Positions 29,002-32,000 of a stretch of 32,000 nt of DNA are shown in pieces. The DNA is from Geobacter sulfurreducens PCA (GTDB lineage Bacteria; Desulfobacterota; Desulfuromonadia; Geobacterales; Geobacteraceae), in assembly GCF_000007985.2 (NCBI RefSeq), contig NC_002939.5:3360001-3392000 (forward strand). The letters are read 5' to 3'. Position numbers and translations under genes: made by a program. Within the stretch, counting starts at the first letter, position 1. Every line of letters begins with the position of its first letter. Below the pieces are notes generated by a model, which was not told where the DNA came from, made no database searches, and saw only the letters and a program-made list of their open reading frames with translations.

Positions 29002-29888
29002 GTGCTACGATCTCCCCTGCCACCGGTAAAGCCTATGGCGTTCAGCGCGTCTGCCTTGCCTGGGGAGTGCCCCGCTCGTCGTTCTATAGCCGTGCAGGCA
29101 GAAAAACATTGCCTGCTGTACTGCTCAAGCGTGGTCCAAAAACACCGCTCTCTGACGACGAGGTACTTTCTCTCATCCGGACCGACCTGGAGACATCCCC
29201 CTTTGTCGGCGAAGGGCACCGTAAGGTCTGGGGACGACTACGCTTCGTCAAAGGGATAAAAGTCGGCCGCAAACGAGTGTTGCGTCTCATGCGGGAGAAC
29301 AATCTGCTCTCCCCTCACCGGGTTGTTCAGGGACAGCCCAAGGACCACGCCGGCAAGATCATCACGGCGGCCCCCAACGTCATGTGGGGTACCGATGGCA
29401 CCAAGATCTTCACCCTGGAAGAAGGGTGGTGCTGGTTGTTTACCGCCGTCGAGCATTGGAATGCCGAGTGCGTCGGTTGGCATGTGACCAAGAATGGCGA
29501 CCGGTTTGCCGCATTGCAGCCGCTCGCCATGGGAATCAAGGCCCGTTTCGGCTCGGTCGGTGCCGCTGCTGCTCGAGGGTTGGCACTGAGGATGGATCAC
29601 GGCAGCCAATACCTCTCAGAGCATTTCCAGAATCAGATCAAGTTCTGGGGAATTGCCCCAAGTTTCTCATTTGTTGCCGAACCGCAGACCAACGGGGTGA
29701 CGGAACGGTTTAATCGGACTATCAAAGAGCAGGTCATCTATGGCCGCCATTACCGCACAATCGAAGAAGTAAGGATGGCAGTAGCTGACTTCATGGATCG
29801 TTACAACCGGCTGTGGCTGGTTGAAAAGCTCGGGTTCAGAAGCCCACGACAGGCTTTCGAGGAGTATCAACTCAAGAAGGCTGCGTGA
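28998..29888 (+). CDS. IS transposase OrfB (rve integrase core, DDE)
   Basis: Catalytic triad candidates are WGTDGT, then RMDHGSQY 67 residues later, then NGVTERFNRTIKE 36 residues after that. orfB is in the -1 frame relative to orfA. Confidence 0.88.
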   Translation: MSATISPATGKAYGVQRVCLAWGVPRSSFYSRAGRKTLPAVLLKRGPKTPLSDDEVLSLIRTDLETSPFVGEGHRKVWGRLRFVKGIKVGRKRVLRLMRENNLLSPHRVVQGQPKDHAGKIITAAPNVMWGTDGTKIFTLEEGWCWLFTAVEHWNAECVGWHVTKNGDRFAALQPLAMGIKARFGSVGAAAARGLALRMDHGSQYLSEHFQNQIKFWGIAPSFSFVAEPQTNGVTERFNRTIKEQVIYGRHYRTIEEVRMAVADFMDRYNRLWLVEKLGFRSPRQAFEEYQLKKAA

Positions 29889-29923
29889 CTCTTATCTTGT
29901 GTCCAGGGTACCGGGCGCGCTAC

Positions 29924-29938
29924 ACTGCTGATATCTCC
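29924..29938. repeat. 15-bp direct repeat ACTGCTGATATCTCC (right copy)
   Basis: Identical to 28559-28573. Confidence 0.9.
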
Positions 29939-30331
29939 CTCACGGGCAACAATATCGGCAACGAACTGCTCAACTTGTCCCGTTTTCTGGAGGAGTTGCT
30001 CCTCAAGCTCACCCTTCTGCTTCTTGGCAGCAGTGATCTCTTTCAGAATCGCCTGGTACTCTTTCTGGGTTTTGATTTCCTTCTGCCGCGCCTCTGAGCG
30101 GACAATATTCTCATCCTCCGCGGCCAGATTCGCTTCAAGGCTCAGTTTCTCCTCTTCGGCAGCCGCCAGCTCGGCCTTGATGCCGTCCACGGCGAGCCGT
30201 GCCTCTTCCACCTGCCGGTCCAGCTCGGCGAGCTGATCGAGAAGCGCCTGCCGTTCTCCCTGGCGACCGTCGATCTTCAGATCGAGCTCCTGCAGTTCCT
30301 CAAGCAGTATGAGATGTTTACGCAACACCAA
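29924..30331 (-). pseudogene. 5' fragment of the IS-disrupted COG1579-type zinc-ribbon/coiled-coil gene
   Basis: Coiled-coil N-terminal part (LLEELQELDLKIDG...KEYQAILKEI...) up to ...VAREGDISS. The 18 residues after that in the track ORF are read from IS DNA. The real start is probably GTG 30328 or TTG 30325, downstream of GGGAGG. Confidence 0.85.
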
Positions 30332-30374
30332 CCTCCCTCTGTTCTCCGTTTGTCAGTCTCCCGGAAGAAACCGT

Positions 30375-31493
30375 TTATCGCCAGACGAATGGATCCCGCT
30401 CACCATTGAACGCAACCACGTCAGCCTCGAACCCCTTCAGGACCAGATCAGCCGTCAGCCGCTCCGCGACTCCGGATACCATGATGGCCTCCGTGCCGAA
30501 ATGCCCGGCATCCAGCAGAGCGATACCGAGAGCCTCCGCATCCCGTGCTTCATGATACTTCACATCCCCGGTAACGAATACGTCCGCTCCCTGACGGTGG
30601 GCATCACGCAACAGTGACATACCGCTGCCACCGCAGAGTGCGACCTTCTTCACCCGCTTCCCCGCGTCACCCACGAGCCTGACGCCAGCAAGTCCCAGCT
30701 TTGCTTTCACGGCATCGGCAAAGAGAGCCAGCGTCGTCTCCTCCGCCAGATAGCCGATCCTGCCGAGGCCTTGTGCAGCCCCGCGATTGAGAAGCGGGTA
30801 GAGATCAAAGGCGGGCTCCTCGTAGGGATGAGCTTTCAGGAGAGCTGAGACCGCGGACGAAACCGCATCCTTGCGCACCAGAACCTCGATACGGGTTTCC
30901 GCCACCTGCTCCCTGACCCCGACTGTCCCCAGGAAGGGACGTGCCCCTTCAAGGGGACGAAACGTGCCGGTACCGCCGCTTCTGAACGAACAGTCCCGGT
31001 AGGTGCCCACAGTGCCGCTGAAGCGAAACAAGGCCTCGGACACCTGCTCTTCATGGCCTAGGGGAACAAAGACCGCAAGCTTGACCAGCTCTTCGGTCGC
31101 CGTCACCGACAGGGGGTGAGCAGAGCACATGTCGAGCCGTTGCGCCAGAAGGTCATTCATGCCGCCATCGGCGATATCGTAGTTGGTGTGGAGCGAAATA
31201 ACGGCTAACCCGCCTGAAATGGCCCGCAGCACGGTTGCCCCGGTCGGATCGTTGGCGGTTATTCGCTTGAGGGGACGGAAAAGGAACGGGTGGTGGGTGA
31301 GCAGGAGCTGGCAGTCTGCGGCGATGGCGGCATCCACGGTTTCCCGGGTGCCGTCCAGGGCGACCATGATCCGTGAAACGGCACAGGTCGGGTCCCCAAC
31401 CAGCAACCCCACGTTGTCCCACTCTTCGGCAAGAACTGGTGGAGCAAATTTATTAATAATTCCGAGTATGTCAGAGACTTTTGGCGTCATCAT
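30375..31493 (-). CDS. Nif3-family dinuclear metal-centre protein (YqfO/GTP cyclohydrolase 1 type 2 homologue)
   Basis: Motifs FAPPVLAEEWDNVGLLVG, LLLTHHPFLF, ISLHTNYD and C-terminal VFVTGDVKYHE...DAGHFGTE. Its ~370-aa length is consistent with an inserted middle domain. The first ATG is at 31493 (the track start at 31502 is TTG). Confidence 0.9.
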   Translation of the reverse strand: MMTPKVSDILGIINKFAPPVLAEEWDNVGLLVGDPTCAVSRIMVALDGTRETVDAAIAADCQLLLTHHPFLFRPLKRITANDPTGATVLRAISGGLAVISLHTNYDIADGGMNDLLAQRLDMCSAHPLSVTATEELVKLAVFVPLGHEEQVSEALFRFSGTVGTYRDCSFRSGGTGTFRPLEGARPFLGTVGVREQVAETRIEVLVRKDAVSSAVSALLKAHPYEEPAFDLYPLLNRGAAQGLGRIGYLAEETTLALFADAVKAKLGLAGVRLVGDAGKRVKKVALCGGSGMSLLRDAHRQGADVFVTGDVKYHEARDAEALGIALLDAGHFGTEAIMVSGVAERLTADLVLKGFEADVVAFNGERDPFVWR

Positions 31494-31500
31494 CAAAGGC

Positions 31501-31541
31501 AAAAGAAAAAGAGTGCCACCGTTCGGCGTGCACTCTTTTTC
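31501..31541 (-). terminator. Intrinsic (structurally bidirectional) terminator after the tRNA gene
   Basis: AGAGTGC (31510-31516) pairs with GCACTCT (31530-31536), with an inner CGCC/GGUG extension. The hairpin is flanked by an A-rich tract (31501-31509) and a T5 run (31536-31540). Confidence 0.7.
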
Positions 31542-31612
31542 GTCTGATCAGTTCCTGCGATCGTAATCGGAGCTCTCGGGGCATCCCCGCATCTTCCTAC
31601 CTGGTTGTCGGG

Positions 31613-31689
31613 TGGTGGGCCCACCAGGACTCGAACCTGGGACCGACCGGTTATGAGCCGGTTGCTCTAGCCAACTGAGCTATAGGCCC
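31613..31689 (-). tRNA. tRNA with CAU anticodon (elongator Met or lysidine-modified Ile2; not initiator-like)
   Basis: 77-nt cloverleaf: GGGCCTA/TGGGCCC acceptor, GCTC/GAGC D stem, ACCGG-CTCATAA-CCGGT anticodon arm, CCAGG-TTCGAGT-CCTGG T arm, and an encoded CCA. A G1-C72 pair and the absence of three consecutive G-C pairs in the anticodon stem argue against tRNA-fMet. Confidence 0.9.
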
Positions 31690-31704
31690 GAAAAGCGAAC
31701 TTTA

Positions 31705-31733
31705 ACTTTACGGCAAACCACGCAAGGCGTCAA
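31705..31733 (-). promoter_or_regulatory. Candidate sigma70 promoter of the tRNA gene
   Basis: Minus strand: TTGACG (31733-31728), a 17-nt spacer, then TAAAGT (31710-31705). It is 15 nt upstream of the tRNA 5' end. Confidence 0.6.
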
Positions 31734-31771
31734 GGGAATTGTGAAATGCCACCCTCGGACCAATGCACCCG

Positions 31772-32000
31772 TCAGTAGAGATCAAACCTCAGGAAACGGC
31801 ACTCAAGGGGGCCGTTGAAGAGGACGATCCGCCGGGATGCCCTGAGCCCCACCGCCTTGGCCAACTCGGGCCCACCGGTGAGCAGCCAGGCGGTATAGCC
31901 GGCGCAGCGCTGCTTCAGAACGTCACCGATCTGGCGGTAGAGGACCCGAAGCCCTTCTTCATCGCCGAGCCTCCTGCCATAAGGAGGGTTGAAGAGAATA
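31772..32000 (-). CDS. C-terminal part of a class I SAM-dependent N6-adenine/N2-guanine-type methyltransferase (COG0116/RlmL-like); 5' end outside the window
   Basis: My own translation of the minus strand gives ILFNPPYGRRLGDEEGLRVLYRQIGDVLKQRCAGYTAWLLTGGPELAKAVGLRASRRIVLFNGPLECRFLRFDLY*. It contains the NPPY motif. This ORF is not in the track because the start lies outside the window. Confidence 0.65.
   Translation of the reverse strand, partial: ILFNPPYGRRLGDEEGLRVLYRQIGDVLKQRCAGYTAWLLTGGPELAKAVGLRASRRIVLFNGPLECRFLRFDLY

Larger units (their letters stand above)
28574..29923 (+). mobile_element. Insertion sequence, IS3/IS481 superfamily (two ORFs, DDE/rve transposase), about 1350 bp
   Basis: Imperfect terminal inverted repeats: TGGCGGCCCCGGTTTTCTTGGACAC (28576-28600) versus the reverse complement of GTGTCCAGGGTACCGGGCGCGCTA (29899-29922), about 18/24 matches with one gap. 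orfA and orfB lie inside, and a 15-bp direct repeat flanks the element. Confidence 0.88.

Noticed and set aside
1-32000. Search for CRISPR arrays, tandem repeats, toxin-antitoxin pairs, restriction-modification or other defence modules.
   Set aside because: I found no regularly spaced direct repeats. The only multi-copy sequences are the 15-bp IS flanks, the 13-bp TetR-type palindrome and the 10-bp-phased MraZ boxes. The NPPY methyltransferase fragment at the right edge resembles rRNA methyltransferases (COG0116) rather than an R-M enzyme, and no partner gene is in view.

Overview
High-GC (roughly 60%) chromosomal window. Gene content and protein sequences look Geobacter/Desulfuromonadales-like, but that assignment is inference only. 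The core is a complete, tightly packed minus-strand division/cell-wall (dcw) cluster: mraZ-rsmH-ftsL-ftsI-murE-murF-mraY-murD-ftsW-murG-murC-murB-ddl-ftsQ-ftsA-ftsZ, running from 26451 down to 8482. It has a near-consensus promoter, a phased MraZ-box array upstream, and an intrinsic terminator after ftsZ. To the left of the cluster are: an NfnAB/SudAB-like two-subunit oxidoreductase; a small radical-SAM gene with an unusual CX4CX2C motif; a TetR regulator followed by squalene-hopene cyclase, with one copy of a 13-bp palindrome upstream of each gene; and a convergent TIGR03960-like B12-domain radical-SAM gene. To the right of the cluster are: two small uncharacterised genes; RNase P RNA (rnpB); a COG1579-type zinc-ribbon gene split by a 1.35-kb two-ORF IS3/IS481-superfamily insertion sequence flanked by a 15-bp direct repeat; a Nif3-family gene; a stand-alone tRNA(CAU); and the 3' end of an NPPY RNA/DNA methyltransferase gene. 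I see no CRISPR array, toxin-antitoxin pair or recognisable defence island. Most of the window is ordinary housekeeping DNA. The points worth a second look are regulatory or architectural: the TetR operators around shc, the MraZ boxes, the rnpB context with the IS insertion, the PASTA tail on FtsI, and the variant radical-SAM motif. Many long ORFs in the six-frame track are antisense shadow ORFs typical of GC-rich DNA and were rejected.
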